Below, one piece after another: positions 1 through 15,234 of a stretch of 64,000 nt of DNA. Source of the DNA: the human T2T-CHM13v2.0 reference genome, Homo sapiens; assembly GCF_009914755.1 (NCBI RefSeq), contig NC_060940.1; one strand, written 5' to 3'. The notes under the pieces were generated by a model. It did not search any database, was not told where the DNA came from, and saw only the letters and a list, made by a program, of their open reading frames with translations. The first letter of the stretch is position 1. Each line of letters begins with the position of its first letter. The position numbers and the translations under genes were made by a program.

Positions 1-1402
1 AAAAAATGGTTGTCATACATATATAAAAGTAAAGTCTAGAAAAATAAAAAGTTTTTGTTTTGACCTAATTCAGATTATATAAAAATAGAAATCACAGTAT
101 TTGTTTTTACATATTTTGAAAATTAAATAACCTTGAAATGATAAAGTGCAGAAAATAATGTGAATAATAATGTTGAGTTTTCTAGTCCCTCTTCTGATCC
201 TTCATCCTGGTAGCTTATATCCTGTTTTGCTGCATAATAAATAATTTTATTCTCACCTTTGGGAAATACCAAATTTGGAGTGTCTGTAGTGAGTTTATTT
301 CTGGTTTTTATAGTTACACACCTGGAAGTTGGACAAACCCCACATTGATTTGACATCATTGTGATTAGTCAGTCGGTATGTAAAGGGAGCACCTACTTCT
401 TAGTTTGGTTACTCCCTTGGATGGTTTCCTGTATTTAATTTTGCTACTGGGAAGTGTTTACATTTCCCTTTCAATTATTTTCGGAATTCAGATATTCTTG
501 TAACTTCTTGAGGAGTTTTAGTGGTCTTACTTAAAGTTTTTACAATATATATTATTTTTTCCTCAGGGTACAAATGTGTGAAATATTTCACACAGATATT
601 TTGTAATGGATAACAATATTTTATGAGAAATTGTAAAGTTCTTCACTTGGAACATTGCTCTCCCTCAGATATACCATATGCAGGTAATAATTTGAACAGA
701 AAGATTATTTTTAATATATAACATTTTATTCTGTTTTTTTTTTTTTTTTTTTTGCAAATTTCTGAAAAGATAGCTATCATTGCAGTTAATAGTACCTATA
801 CATAGTCAGAATTTCTGTTTTCATGGAACACTTTAAGCTAATAGAATGGAATTATTTACCTGAACTGAAGTTTCTTGGCTCCAATCACCAGGCTTCCTTT
901 TAAGCATGTACCTGATTGTAAAAATAATCTCAATTTAGATTTATCACTTAACGCAGAAGTAAATTAGAAGGAACTGAAATAAAATTTGTATGTGGCTAGG
1001 TATTACTGATTAATCACACATTAATTCACAGTTGCTACTTTCATTTCACAAAGTCTAGAAAATATGACCTTCATGAATAGAAGATATGAGCTTTCATAAA
1101 GTTAATGACATTTTTTGGCCTAAAACATTACTATTTTAAATAACTTTTTCATAAGTTGAAAAGCAATGTGTGTCTCATGTTCACTAGTAAAGAATGTTGT
1201 TTATTTATTACTGTGCCTAATTAGTCACACTTTTAAATAGTTATTTTTCTTTATGCTCATTTATGTGTTATATACCAAAACATTTCATTTCTATGATGGT
1301 TTTAATGTCACCTAATAAGATTGTAAATATATCAATCGTTTTCTTGTCAATAAATACTGTGGTATATATTTTAATCTACCAGGTATTAAATCTGTATGTA
1401 CA

Positions 1403-1597
1403 AGCCTGGGCAACATAAGAGACAACCATCTCTATAAAACAATAAAAAATTAGGTGTAGAGGTGTGCACCTGTAGTTGCAGCTACTCAAAGGGCTAAGAA
1501 TCACTTCAGCACAGGAGGTTGAGGTGGCAGTGAGCACTGATTACACCACTGCACTCCAGCCTGCATGACAGAACAAGACCCTGTCTCTAAAAAAAAT
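1403..1597 (+). mobile_element. AluJ-type fragment, 5'-truncated
   Basis: AGCCTGGGCAACA...GCAGTGAGC...CACTGCACTCCAGCCTG...GACCCTGTCTCT followed by an A tail; heavily diverged. Confidence 0.85.
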
Positions 1598-2029
1598 TTT
1601 TTTTGAATATGTGTAAGTGACTTAGAATAGTAACTAACACATTGTATTGACTAAATAACTACTTAGTACTTTGATTTATCAAATTATTATTGTTCATACC
1701 ATTCATTATTTATTATGTTGTTGAATATTCGTTCCTATTAAAATTTGTTATTCTCTCTTATCTAAATATTGATGAAAAACTGTGGGCTGTGTTGATTTAT
1801 CCGAAGCCAAATGGCATCCTTCACTAATTTTCTTTCTATTTAATAACTCATTTGATTATGCAATAATATGATTATTATGTACAGGCAGTTATCATCATAT
1901 TCTTCATCTTCTGACAGAGGAAAATTTGAGTCATTCATTAATTAAACCAAAGCCTCAATCTCCTACATTTAACTTCCTGAATCTTGCATGTCAACTGCTT
2001 AGAAAATATAAAAATATAAATACTACACA

Positions 2030-3440
<1,411 letters not shown>

Positions 3441-4044
3441 GTTTACATTCCTTTACTAGCAAGTGTATCAGTTTAAGCTTGACAGAAAAAAATGTATTTT
3501 AGCATTATTTTCATTATTAATGAATATAGGTTAATAAAACTCATAAATACAAAAATAACTAATTCTACATATTCAAGAATAGCCCATCCAAATTTGTTTT
3601 CATTTTACCTCTATAATTCAAATACACTTTGTCGCATTATTTTATGGTGGATCTTAAGATAAAATCATATTCGTTAAATATGTGAGATTAATTATAAGTT
3701 CACCCATAAGGTTTTTAGTCAGTGTAGGAATTCAGACAGTGCAGAGTTGCAGAGGGTAAAGCAAATGTTTCTGAAAGGATTATTAGGGACAAGAGTGACC
3801 GGAGTGATTCCCATTAGTATTGACTGACACATATATTCTTACTTTAGGATAAACTGCATCTAATTTTGGACTTTGGTTAATAGTAGTGCTATATGAACCA
3901 ATAGCAGGTTTGTATCCAGAATTGCTAACTGCTGAAGATGTTGTCTCCTGGCTGGTGACATAATTTTGTCTTTCATAGGCTACTTTAAAATCTAAAATCT
4001 AAATCTAAATCTAAAATCTATAATTCTGGTAAATTTTATTAAAG

Positions 4045-7000
4045 TGGAGCCTCCACCCTGCCCCCAGCCCGGCGCATGGCCAGGAGTGGCACCCACCTTG
4101 AGCATGGTGATGTAGGACATGCCAATGGGCCCATCCTGCTGTCACTTACCTCTCCACGCTGTCACAGTACACCCTGCAGCAGAACTGCTCCTCCCAGCCC
4201 AGCACCACCTTGTGGTTGGTGGCAGCCCCGCAGGCACACTGGATCTGTGAGGACAACACTTGGCATAGGCAGGCCAGGGCGGAGCTCAGTCCTCACCCCA
4301 CCTGTCCAGCATGTATGTCTATTGGGCGCTGTCAAACTTGTCCTCCATGACAAGTTCAACTAGTGGAGTACCAGCAGTTTCAGAGCACCATGTTTTTAAT
4401 GACACCAATCCACTGCTGATGTCACAGCTCACTGTGGAAGGGCGAGTGAGCAATGGCAGACCCCACTCCCCAACCTCCCCCACCAGGCCCACCTTGATTC
4501 CCTGATGTGATGCTGTCAATGGAACTCCTTGCCCTTCTTCAGCCAGGAGATGGAGGAAGTGGGATTGCTGGTAGACAGGCGGTGAAAATGAAGAGTTTTG
4601 CTGCTTCTTGTCCTCAAGTCCAGCAAGGAGCCCTTCCCAGTGAAGGTGCACATGAAGGCCATAAGGTACATGAAGGCAGGAAGCAGAGGCCCATTTGACC
4701 CAATCCATCTTCTGAGGCTGCCCCTGCTAATACCTCAGCCTCTTTTCCCTACTGTGTAGGGAGAGTGTTTCAAGGACCCCTACCTGGGCTGAATGAGGCT
4801 CCCAGGGGCCTTGACACCTTGTAAGCCTGCCCCCAACATTCTCAGCACTGAGATGTGTGTCCCCCACCTCTAATTCCCCCAAAAGGCTGCTCCTTCTGAG
4901 AGGTCCAGAGTGCTCCCAGCTGGCCTGGGACCCATCAGGAAATAAGGTCATCTCCCAGCAGGGAGCACCTACCACCTAGGCAGTACCCTTCCTTTCTCTT
5001 CCCTTCCACCAAGGGGGAAGCCCAGAACCCAGGGGGAAGCCCAGCTGGGTGGAGGAGCCTGGACAGGCCTTGGGAGCAGTTGGCCAATAGAGAGAGCCCA
5101 GCTACCTGAAGAATCTGGAGCCTCAGAGCCAGGTGGGCTGCATCAGCCCGCTAGAATTGAGACCCCAGGCCACCTTCTGCATAGCTCCAGGGCCTGACAA
5201 GCACCCACTGACGGTGACATCCTGGAGGCCCCACCTCCCCCATTCAGAAGCCCAGGGCTGATGCCACCTTCTCCCTCACAGCTCAACTACTTTGTCACAT
5301 TCCTTGAGGCTGGGATAAGAGCTGCCTTCCTGCCAGGACTCCTGGGGAACCTGCGCCAGCATCCCCTAGAAGGGATGCACTGGGCCCTTAGAACAGATGA
5401 GGAAGTCAGCCCTTCTCCACAGAGACCTCCCTGCTATCCCCTCACAAGGATATGCCCATCTCTCAGAGGAGGACACCGAGGCACATGTGGAAACAGTGTG
5501 AACAGATGCTGGAAAAAGCTACCTCCCAGAGCTCTGAGCTGCCCTCCTTGGCCTCCCAGGGTGGAGATTAGAAGACCCTTGGGGTGTTGGAGGCAGCCCA
5601 GTAGGCTGTGGCAGAAATGGTTCCCAGAAAAAGAAGATCACAAGGACTCAATGCTGCCCACTGCCAGATGGTGCCTTCTGATGGGCCCTCCAGTGACCCG
5701 CAGCCTGAGCCCAGGCAGAGCAGACACCGAACTCCTGCCTGGAATGGCCAAGCAGGCAGGTGCAAGCAGGTACTCGGGGTGAGGGCACAGGAGTGTGTGC
5801 TCTGGACCAGGATTCAGGCAGAGGCAGAGCCAGAACATGTTCATCATCTCTGAGCATTCTTTCCTCCCCATATTTGCTTCCACCCTGGGATCTGCTCCCC
5901 AGGTCTCCCCCTTCTTTGTCTTTCTGGCTGGTTCCTCCCCACCTCCTTGCCCATTCACCCCAGAGGGGCCAAGCCTCAGCCCACACACCACTCTCCCCAA
6001 GTTGTAGCTGCCCACCCATGTCCATCCCATCGTGATCTATCTGTATGAGCACATCTTTTGCCTCCTCTAAAACCAGAAGCCCCACCTCTCTGATGGGTCC
6101 CTCTATGGCTGGGCAAAGTCCACCTGCCACTGTTCCAGGCCTAAATGCCTGGGCATGGTCCCCGTGACTGCTCTCTCACATGCACAGACCATTCTCAGGG
6201 AAATGCCACTGGCACCCCCTTTACAGCCCCCACAGTAACCCTCCCCTCCCACTGGGCTGTGACTGTCACCTCCTCATGCCTTTAACTCCTTAGTCCACTC
6301 ACCCCATGGTCACTGCCTGAGCCCACATGCCCTGTTGTACTCATACCTGAGGTGGCCCACCTCACCCAGAGCCAATACCAATGTCCCCAATACCAATGGC
6401 ATGAGGAGGCCAGCCCTGGACTTCTCACCACACCTGGAGCCCCAGAGCCCTGTGTCTCAGTCTCCCCATCTTTAGCACAGGTATCACCTCTCATCTCCAG
6501 CCTGCAACCCAGAGCCCAAGGCCAGGCATCCAGAGCCATATGGATGACCCAGCCTCTGCTTCACCCTGAGGGGACCCCAACCCAAGGTATTACCTCAGGA
6601 AAGTCATTCTAGAGACCTCGGTTCCTCACCCACTTGTTGAGGAGAGTACTTGGTGGGTGGGAAGCAGGCCATACCCCTGGCCAGCCTTGTGCCTGGAATC
6701 TGGTCTCACCTGTGCCTTAGCTTCATCCTTCCATCTTTCTCATTTCCCAGTGATGGAGCATCTGCATTGCAGGAGGGGATGTGAGTGGGTGTGGCCAGCA
6801 ATGCAGGAGAGGATGTGAGTGGGTGTGGCCTGCAATGGCCCACATCCAGTTGCCAGCTGTTTCTCAGCTGAAAGAAAGGTCTTTTTCTCCTGAGACTCAG
6901 CCTCTGACCTGCCCCAGGAGGACCCTAGGTGTCCCTCACAGGTGGGGCAGGGATCTTCATTCAGACAGCACCTCCTGGGGGTGCCCTCCTCTCTACTGAC

Positions 7001-7600
7001 ACCATCAAGGCCCTTGGGGCAAAGGGTGAAGCAGCCACACACACCAAGACCCCCAGGCCACATATGGTCCCCTCCGCCACTCAGGAAGCTAAGCAGCCCC
7101 CTCCTCCTTCCAGCCTGGCATGGCCCCAGCAGGTGCTTACCTGCTTACACACTCAAGGGGCACAGCATGTGCTGTGTGAGCTGATTGCAGCAGCTGTTGG
7201 CCCCAGCATCTTTGGGGAAGATTTTCAGCACCTGCAAATGCTGGAGCCCAACCAGGATGTGGTCCACAACACAAGCCCTGAGCCAATCTTGACTCAGACA
7301 GTGGGTCCCGTGGGATCATCTCTGGGCAGGTTACCCCATCAGTTCCATGGTGTTCCTGCTGCCAAATGCGAATTGCTTCTGCAGGCCCTGCTCAGGCTCT
7401 GGGACCTCTGTGGGTGAGTCAGATGACCCTAGGCAGGCAACTGAAAATGGGTCTCAGCAGAACTCAACAACCCCACAGAAAGCTTCATGGCACCCCCACT
7501 TTCCAGACACACCAGTGGAGACCACAGCAGGCCCTGAGTGGGGAAATATTTGACACAGAGCCTGGAATCTCACCAGACAACCCTCAAAACAGGGGCTGGA
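4045..7600 (-). pseudogene. Unprocessed FGFR3 pseudogene fragment, copy A (exons ~3-7, Ig-I to Ig-IIIa)
   Basis: Minus-strand exon remnants with GT/AG ends. 7141-7407 reads EVPEPEQGLQKQFAFGS...ILVGLQHLQVL...LTQHMLCPLSV (FGFR3 EVPGPEPGQQEQLVFGS...VLVGPQRLQVL...LTQRVLCHFSV). 6710-6761 is the acid box DAPSLGNEKDG. 4493-4632 reads PTSSISWLKKGKEF. ~4301-4430 reads HQQW...MEDKFDSAQ*TYMLD. ~4097-4245 ends GPIGMSYITMLK (FGFR3 GPDGTPYVTVLK). Many stops and frameshifts. Confidence 0.88.
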
Positions 7601-8095
7601 AACTGTCCCCATAAAGGCGCAGTGGTCAGTATTTTCAGATTTGCCAACTGGTCTCTGTCTCAAAGACTCAAATCTGCAGTTGAGCATGAGAAACCTTTTG
7701 CAGACAACTTGTGAATGAATGGGCATGGCTGCACTTCCAAAATACTTACTTATGGACACAAAGGGTTTATTTTATTTTTACTTTTTATTTTTCTATAAGT
7801 TATTGGGGTACAGGTGGTATTTGGTTACATGAGTAAGTTTTTTTGGTGGTGATTTGTGAGATTCTGGTGCACCCATCACCAAGTAGTATACACTGCACCA
7901 TGTTTATGGTCTTTTATTTCTTGCCTCCCTCCCACTCTTACCCCCAAGTCCCCAAAGTCCATTGTATCATTCTTGTGCCCAATTTTAAAGTGTCCTGAAG
8001 TATAATTTTCCTCTTGATTCGTTCAACCCTTTGGAAATGTAGAATCCATTCTTTGAGCCGTTTGGGCTCACAGGTGGCCCAAACACAGGTGGAGA
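7590..8095. mobile_element. MER58-like hAT-Charlie DNA transposon remnant, interrupted by an L1 fragment
   Basis: GAATGGGCATGGCTGCACTTCCAAAATACTT...AAATGTAGAATCCATTCTT resembles MER58; an inverted counterpart lies at ~9050-9320. Confidence 0.6.
7765..7980 (-). mobile_element. L1MA/L1PB 3' end fragment
   Basis: T-rich tail then GGGGTACAGGTGGTATTTGGTTACATGAG...CCCCAAAGTCCATTGTATCATTCTT; absent from the other palindrome arm. Confidence 0.8.
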
Positions 8096-9049
8096 CAGGT
8101 TGTACTTTGCCAATCTCTGGCTGAAATGGAACTCAGGGGAGGGGAGAGGTTTAGCCAAGCCCAGCATCCTCCCAGTGTGGTTTCACCCCAAGAGGAATCG
8201 CTGTCAGCACCCACCTCCCCATCCTTCATTTTGGCTTCAGGAATACTTCAGGGGGAGAGCAAGGGAGCAGAACAGACCTCAGCTACAAGAAGGAAGAAGA
8301 TGCAGGTTCAGGCAGTCATGTGGATGGATCTCACTCAACAGTGTCCAGCAGCCACCTGTGTGCCTCTGCCCCTGGGGATGTGATCCCACCCCAGCTTCTC
8401 TGCCCTCAGGTAGAAACAGCCAGGGTCTTCACCTGCTCTGTTGCTCCAGCTCTGCTGTGCTCCCCTGGTTATTCTAACAGCTTCCTCCCAACAGCCTGCA
8501 TTATCCTCTGTGAGACAGAGATCCCAGTCCCTCTGCAGGCAGAAGCCCACCACCAGTCTGCCCTGTGGGCCCACCTGGGCCTCCTCACCCCACTGGCCTT
8601 TGAGACCCAACTAGCAAGACCTGGTGTCCTATTTGTACTTTGCTCTTTTCTTCAGTGTGTTTCTTCTGTAACCAACTGCTGTGTGGAATTTCCATCTAAG
8701 ATGCAGGGTGCAGAGCCTTGCCCATACCGGAAAGCCCCACCCCAGGCACTGCCAGGTCTGGTCAATCCTGTGCTCAGCTTAATGGAAAGGCTCCTGGAGC
8801 ATGCACTGCTGAGTGAGCTCCATCTACATGCCTGCCTGGCCCTGTAACTCCTTTCTTCTTGTTGCTAAGGCCTGTTCTGATCCCTCACTCTCCACCTGAA
8901 CTGCTCCTGAAGCCAAGATGAAGGATGGGAAATGGGGTGCTGAGAGGGACCCCTCCTGGGTAAATCTCTGCTGTGAGGAGGTTAGGTTTGCCCCACCCCA
9001 TCTTTCCCTGCTCTGAGCTCCATTTTTGCCAAAGGTCAGAAAAATGCAA

Positions 9050-9320
9050 CCTGTCCCCACCTGCTCTTTTATGGCCCATGAGCCAAGAATGAATTTTACA
9101 TTTCCAAATGTTCAAACAAATCAAAAGAAGAATCATACTTCACGACCTTTGAAATCAACATTTTTCATGTCCATCAGTGAAGTTTTATGGGCGTGCAGCC
9201 ATGTCCGTTCATTCTCAGGCTATCTGTGACAGATTCTGTCATGCTATAGTGACAGAGTTGAGCCCCTAGAACAGAGGTAGGTTGGCAAAATGAAAAATGT
9301 TGAACTCTGACCCTGATTTG
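9050..9320. mobile_element. MER58-like DNA transposon remnant (right palindrome arm)
   Basis: GGCCCATGAGCCAAGAATGAATTTTACATTT...CAGCCATGTCCGTTCATT...GACAGAGTTGAG. Confidence 0.6.
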
Positions 9321-11970
9321 GGGGTTGTGTGGTGGAAACCTAGGCTCTTGGTCACATCCTTCTTCTCTCAGGGTCTGCTGTGGCCTTTGCTGGTGTGTGT
9401 GTAATGTGGGAATGCCCACTGTGCCTCCCATGGGTGGGGGGGTCAAGGGCTGGTGTGCCAGGTTTCGGGGTACCTTCCTCATGTGTCGTATCTCACCCAA
9501 AGAGGTCCCAAGCCTGGTCGAAACCAGTAGGAACAGCTGGTCTTTCACTGCAGGGACAACATGGAGCTCAGCTGCCTCCCATCTGGAGGTAGTTTTGTGA
9601 GGCCCACTGTCTGGGTCAAGGATGGCTCAGGGGTGGTGTACTAAACTGCAGGCTGGAAGGGCCCCAGCTACTGCAGTGCTGATCACCATCCCTGAGGGTG
9701 CCAGGGCCAACAGCTGTTGGCAGCTGCTCGCCCACTTACACTGTGCCCCTTCAGTGTGTGCGTGACAGGTGTTTGCCTACCAAGGCCACTAAGTTCCCTG
9801 AGTGGGTACATGGCCCAGGGGTGGCTAGGGGGTCTCAGGAGGTATGGCTGCAGCATCCCTGCCCTAGGGTATTGCTGTTTGTTGGTAGAGATAAGAGCAT
9901 CCCCGGGAAGTGCTGTGTGAATGAGGGGCCCCAGCCCAGCCCATGAGAGGCACCTGGGGTTCTCTGGGGGCAGGTCAGGGTCTGAGCCCTGGGAGGGAAA
10001 GATGCACATTCCAGCTGAGAAGCAGCAGGCTCTTAGATATGGGCCATCATGGGGCCACTGCCCACCCCCCACCCTCTCCTGCATTGTAGGTGCTGCATCC
10101 TTGGGAGGTGAGAAAGATTGAAGAATGAGGCTGAAGACTCAGGTGAGATCAGCTTCCAGCACACAGGCTAGACAGGGATGGGCCTGCTTTTCACCACCAA
10201 GCTCTGTCCTCAACAGGCAGGGGAGGGACAAATGCCTGGTGGACAATCTCCTTCAGGTCACACCAAAAGCCCGGGTCCCAACAGGATGGAATAGAGGCCA
10301 GGCTATCAAAATGATTCTAGATTCCTGGCCTGGGCTCTGGGTGGCAGGCTGGGGGTGATGGAGGGGCACCCATACTGCAGGTGGAGAGACTGAGGCCCAG
10401 GACTATGGGGGATCCAGGAGCAGTGAGGAGGCCAGGGCTGGACTCTGGGAACTTTGGTGCTAGCCCTTGGAGAGGTGGGCTACTGTAGATGTGAGGACAG
10501 CAGGGCATGTGGCTCAGGTGGCTGCCAGGGAACAAGTGGTTCCAGGGTTGAGGGCACCCAGAGGTGAATGCTCTGGCCCAGTGGGAGCAGAGGGCAGCTG
10601 TAAAAGCAATGTCTACAGCATTTCCTGCAGAGGGACTGTGGGTTTGAGAGAGCTGTCAGTGGGACAATGTTGGGGTGTTTTGGCCTCCAGCAGTGGCAGG
10701 TGGATGTTGCCCAGCTGTGGAGGGCTGGTCAGAGAGATGGGACTTCTAGTTTTGGAGGACCAAGAGACAGATGTGCTTGTGCAGACAAAGGTCTTTGTGG
10801 AATGAATATGGGGAAATTTACAACTTAGGGACTGATGCTATGTGGGCTGAGGCCCTGAGCCCACACAGGAGAGCAGGAAAGGAGGTGAGGAGGACTCAGC
10901 TAGGGGGATGGACATGGGGGACACCAGGGCAGCAGGTCCCAGGAGAGGAGCATACCCGGGAGGGAATCAGAATTTTTGGCCTCAACTGAGCCCTCAAACC
11001 CTGCCTGGACCACACTCTCCAGTGACCTCACCCTGAGTTTCTGCTTGCCCCTGCCCACCTGGCCATCCTAGGCAGGTGTTAGGTGTTTCTCCCATTGTGG
11101 ACTTGAGTTTGAGGGTTACCAGTCTGCATTTCAGAAGGCACCATCTGGCAGTGGGCAGCATCGAAACACTGTGGTCTCCTTGTCTCAGAAAACAACCCTT
11201 TCCACAGCCTGACAGGTTGTCTCTATCACCCAGGGGTCTCTGTCTCCCACCCCAGGATGCTCAGGAGGGCAGCCCAGAGCCCTGGGAGCTGGCTCTTCTC
11301 AGTGTTTGCCACACTGCTCTCACCTGTGCCTCAGTGTCCTCCTCCATGTGACGGTCATGTCCCTGTGGGTGGATGGCAGTGAGGCCAACTTGGAGAGGGG
11401 AATGCCTCCCTTTTCTTTCCTGGGCTTCTGGCGCCTCCCTCCTGGGGGATGATACGCCAGCCTCCCCAGGAGTCCCAGCAGGAAGGCAGACCCCAAGAAG
11501 GAACATGAGTTGAGCTGTGAGGAAGTGGTTACTGGCAGCCCTGGACACCAGGAGGGGAAGAGGTGGGGCCTCAAGGATGCCATCCTCATTCACCTGGTGC
11601 CTGCCAGGCCCTGGAGCTCTTCGGAGAGTGGGGTAGGGTCTCAGATCCTAGTGGGCTGATACCTCTTGGCTGCCTCTGAGGCTCCCAGCTCTGCAGGCAG
11701 CTGGCTTTCCCCTCCTAGCAAACTGCTTCCAAGGCCTGTCCTGCCTCATCCATTCAGCTGAGCTTACCACTGGGTCCTGGGCCTGCCCCAGTGTATTTTC
11801 CTGGGTGGGACGGAGCTCCCTAGGGAGATACCTCTATGTCCAGAAGCTTCCCAGGCCAGGAGGGAGCACATTGACCCTCTTAGCAGGAGCAACCACTTGG
11901 GGGAAGGAGGTTGGGAGAGGTGAGGATACATGGTCTAGCTTTGAGAATGCTCAGAATTGGGGAAGGGCCA
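9320..11970 (+). pseudogene. Unprocessed FGFR3 pseudogene fragment, copy B (exons ~3-4 plus intron 4)
   Basis: 9503-9768 has AG/GT ends and reads EVP...GPTVWVKDG...TLCPFSVCVT. 10090-10142 is an acid-box exon (GAASLGGEKD...NEAEDS). The following intron is the reverse complement of copy A; truncated by L1 at ~11975. Confidence 0.85.
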
Positions 11971-11974
11971 TGCT

Positions 11975-14400
11975 GCAAAAAGCTAAATATAAACCAGATG
12001 TCCCCCAACAGGTGGATCAATAAACTGTGATGTAGCCACAGAATCGAATCCTACTTTTCAACAAAATGGAACTATTGCTTCACACCACAAAACTGATGAA
12101 TCTTAAGTTTATTTCTATAAACGAAGGAAGTCAGATCCAAAAGGCTACATATTATATGTTTCTATATATGTATATGATATTGTAGAAAAAGAAAATTATA
12201 AAGATCAAAAGCGATTAGTGGATGCCAAAGAATGGGATGAGGGGAGGTGTTGGCTAAGAAGGGGCAGCATGAGAGAATCGGGGGATAATGAAACAGTTCT
12301 GTGTGGTACTGTGAAGGCGGATGTTACTCTAAACAGTTGACAAATCACATTGAACTGTAGACCACAAAGAGTAAATGTCCTTGATGCAAATTGAAAAAAT
12401 AACCAGAAAGTTGGGACATTTAGATGAAATGCAGTAGGTGATAAATGAGTTTAACCGTACTACAAATGTATGGCCTAAACCTATTGAAGATGGTGGGGAT
12501 GAAAATTCTTGACCTGAGTCACTTTGGAAAACAGTGTTTTGATTGAATGCTGTAATTCTCAAAAGCTGTACACCAACACTGTATTCTAGTTGGGTTTTTT
12601 TTTCCTGTAAAGCTATGAATTAGCAATTTTGAAACTACTTTACATATTAGTGTATATATTTATATATGATTGATTATTAGTGCCTGTTCCTCACTCTAGT
12701 TGAAAAAAGTTGAAAATAAAAAGGGTATACTATAATGAACCCTGTCATGCTGATCTGGAGCTGGAAATATCAGAATAAACATTTCTATTGCAATATATCC
12801 ATCCAGAGAGAGAGAGAGAGAAGGAGATATGTGTGCACACCTTAGTTTATGTTTATACATACGTTTCCAAACCCTGTCTGCTAATAGGGCCCAGAAGCAG
12901 TGACATTTCAGTATCAATGAGCACACCTAACTTTCGGATCTTGATTTCTAAATACTGTTCTTCAGTAAAAAGAACCAGGGCTACTTGTAACAGTGGATAA
13001 TTCTAGGGCAGGAGATAGAAAATACAAGTTGAGCCTAGAGTATCTTATACAGCCAGAAACTCAAAAAGTGCTTTAAAAACATACAAGAGAGCATGTCAAA
13101 AGGAGCGACCCTGTAAGACCTCCCAATGGCCCAAGGTGGAACAATGTGAGCAGCAAAATAAACAATGATAGCATTAAATTATAACCAAAGAATAAAATAC
13201 ATATCCACACATCCATACCAATATAGAAAAGATGAAATAAATAAGGAAAGAAGGAAGAAATGAGGGAATGAGGAGGGGAGGAAGAAAGAAAATCTTTACA
13301 GAATTCCAAGTACTGTATCTACCAATGTAGATGAATACTTCAAAACAGAAAATCACTCCTAGAACACCCCAGTAATAACGACTGTAGGCAAAAGTTGCTA
13401 ACGAGTTTTTAAATTGTGGATAAAATTTAAAGGAGAAAAAATGTATTTTCATAGCCCCAAAGTGTTGGCTTCCAAATATTTTTAAAATATTATTTTCTCT
13501 TAATTTTTTAAAAGACCTATAATTACTTAAGGCAAAAAATTAACAGTGTATTATGAGATTTGTAGTGTTTCAATGTAAAATTTACAAGAGCAGCACAAAG
13601 GATAGAAGGAGGAAAATGGAACTGTTATGTAGGAAAGTCTTTATATTTTACATGTATTAAAATGTATTAATTCTAAGTAGATTGTGATATGTCAAAAATA
13701 CATATTGTAATCTCTGGACCAATCACTAAAAAAATGCAAAGCGGTGTCACTTAAATGCTGATACAGAAATTAAATTACATATAAAAAGTATTGTACAAGA
13801 ATGTGTATAGACCTTTTAGTCATAATAACCCAAAGCAGAAAGTAACCTAAATGTTTTTCAACAGAAAATGGATGAGCAAAGTGTAGAGCATTCATACAAC
13901 CAAGTACTACTCATCAATACAAAGGAGCAAACTACTGAAGCACACAGCCTGGATGATTCTCATGAACCTGCTAAGTGAGACAAGCTGCACATAAATAATA
14001 CATATTGTATAATTTCAGACAAAATGAACCTATAATTTAAAAAAAATCAACAAAGAAATAAACTCTGGGGGCAAAAAAAAAAATTGCCCAGAGAGGAGCA
14101 TGAGAGAATTTTTTGGAGATGGTAAAAATTCTATTCTTAAAAGTTATGAATGTTATATTGTATATTTGTCTGTCAAAGTCATACATTTAAGATTCATGCC
14201 TTTCAATGTACATATGACCTCACAAAGAAAAATGGAAAAATAATAAAGTAGGGGTGAGCTAGGTTGAAGTATAGATAAAACAAAATGGCACATGATTAGT
14301 AGTTGTTGAGGTTGGGTGATGGGTCTGTTATACGATTTTGTATCTGTTGTACATGTTTAAAATTTTCTGTAATAAAATATTTTGTATAAAAATACAAAGT
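11975..14400 (+). mobile_element. Cluster of old L1M (L1MC/MD/ME-type) 3' fragments
   Basis: AACCAGATGTCCCCCAACAGGTGGATCAATAAACTGTG, GAAGCCAG/GAAGTCAG-type 3' UTR motifs, AACCTAAATGTTTTTCAACAGAAAATGGAT. Confidence 0.7.
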
Positions 14401-15234
14401 TACTGTACAATGTAGGCTATTAAAAGCTTAGCTGCCATTAGAGGGAGGGAGGGAGGAAAAGAGTAATTGCCAGGGCATGAGTGATGCTGGTTCTCTTTCT
14501 TGGCTACACAAGTGTATTTGCTCTGCAATAATTCATCAAGCTTTGCATGAATACTTTGTGAATGTATTTTTGTATGCCTGTCGTACATCACAAAGTGATG
14601 AAAATATTACATATTTTCACATAAAATCCAACCCAAAATCTCAGAATAACAACAGTATTTTGTTTTGGTTAAAGCAGACATGTTCTCTCATGACATTATT
14701 AGATGAGTTTGAATATTCAGAAGTCTATTCATGCCCTAATTATCAAGTGAAACAAGGTCTTTTTATTTTTACCTAAATTTGAAAAGTGGCATAGTGTTAA
14801 TTTTTTTAATGCAACACTTTTTTCCAGGAAATTTCTCTCCTCACAGTGATGCTTACTGAGGCCAGCGCATCTAGGCCCTGCATATATGTGCTGAGTACAT
14901 GCAGAACTGGGTTATGTTAGGAACAAAATGAGTCATAGATAGTGGTTATGGATAACAGCCAGTTGCGGCAGAAGTATATGCAAATGTACTTGATCTTTCT
15001 TTAATGAGAGGTGCTCTTTGTTGTTTCAGGTGATGATCTGGTTTGTGAAAAGTTCAGTGCCTTTATTTCCCCATTCATCCAGGAGGGGACAAAGCTGGGC
15101 AGAGCTGAACCACCAAGTTCATCTATGAATACCCCAATGACGAGCACAGACACTAGCCCTGTTGGGGATGGCTGAGAGAGTTCCTGGTGAGGCTGCAGAG
15201 GGGAATGGAGATATATCAGCTACACATCTTAAAC

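Noticed and set aside
123-720. 78-aa minus-strand ORF and nearby splice-donor-like site in AT-rich DNA
   Set aside because: No family recognised; cannot be distinguished from chance without a search
4076-11593. Many overlapping 60-175 aa ORFs
   Set aside because: Chance ORFs in GC-rich FGFR3-derived introns or the wrong strand of decayed exons
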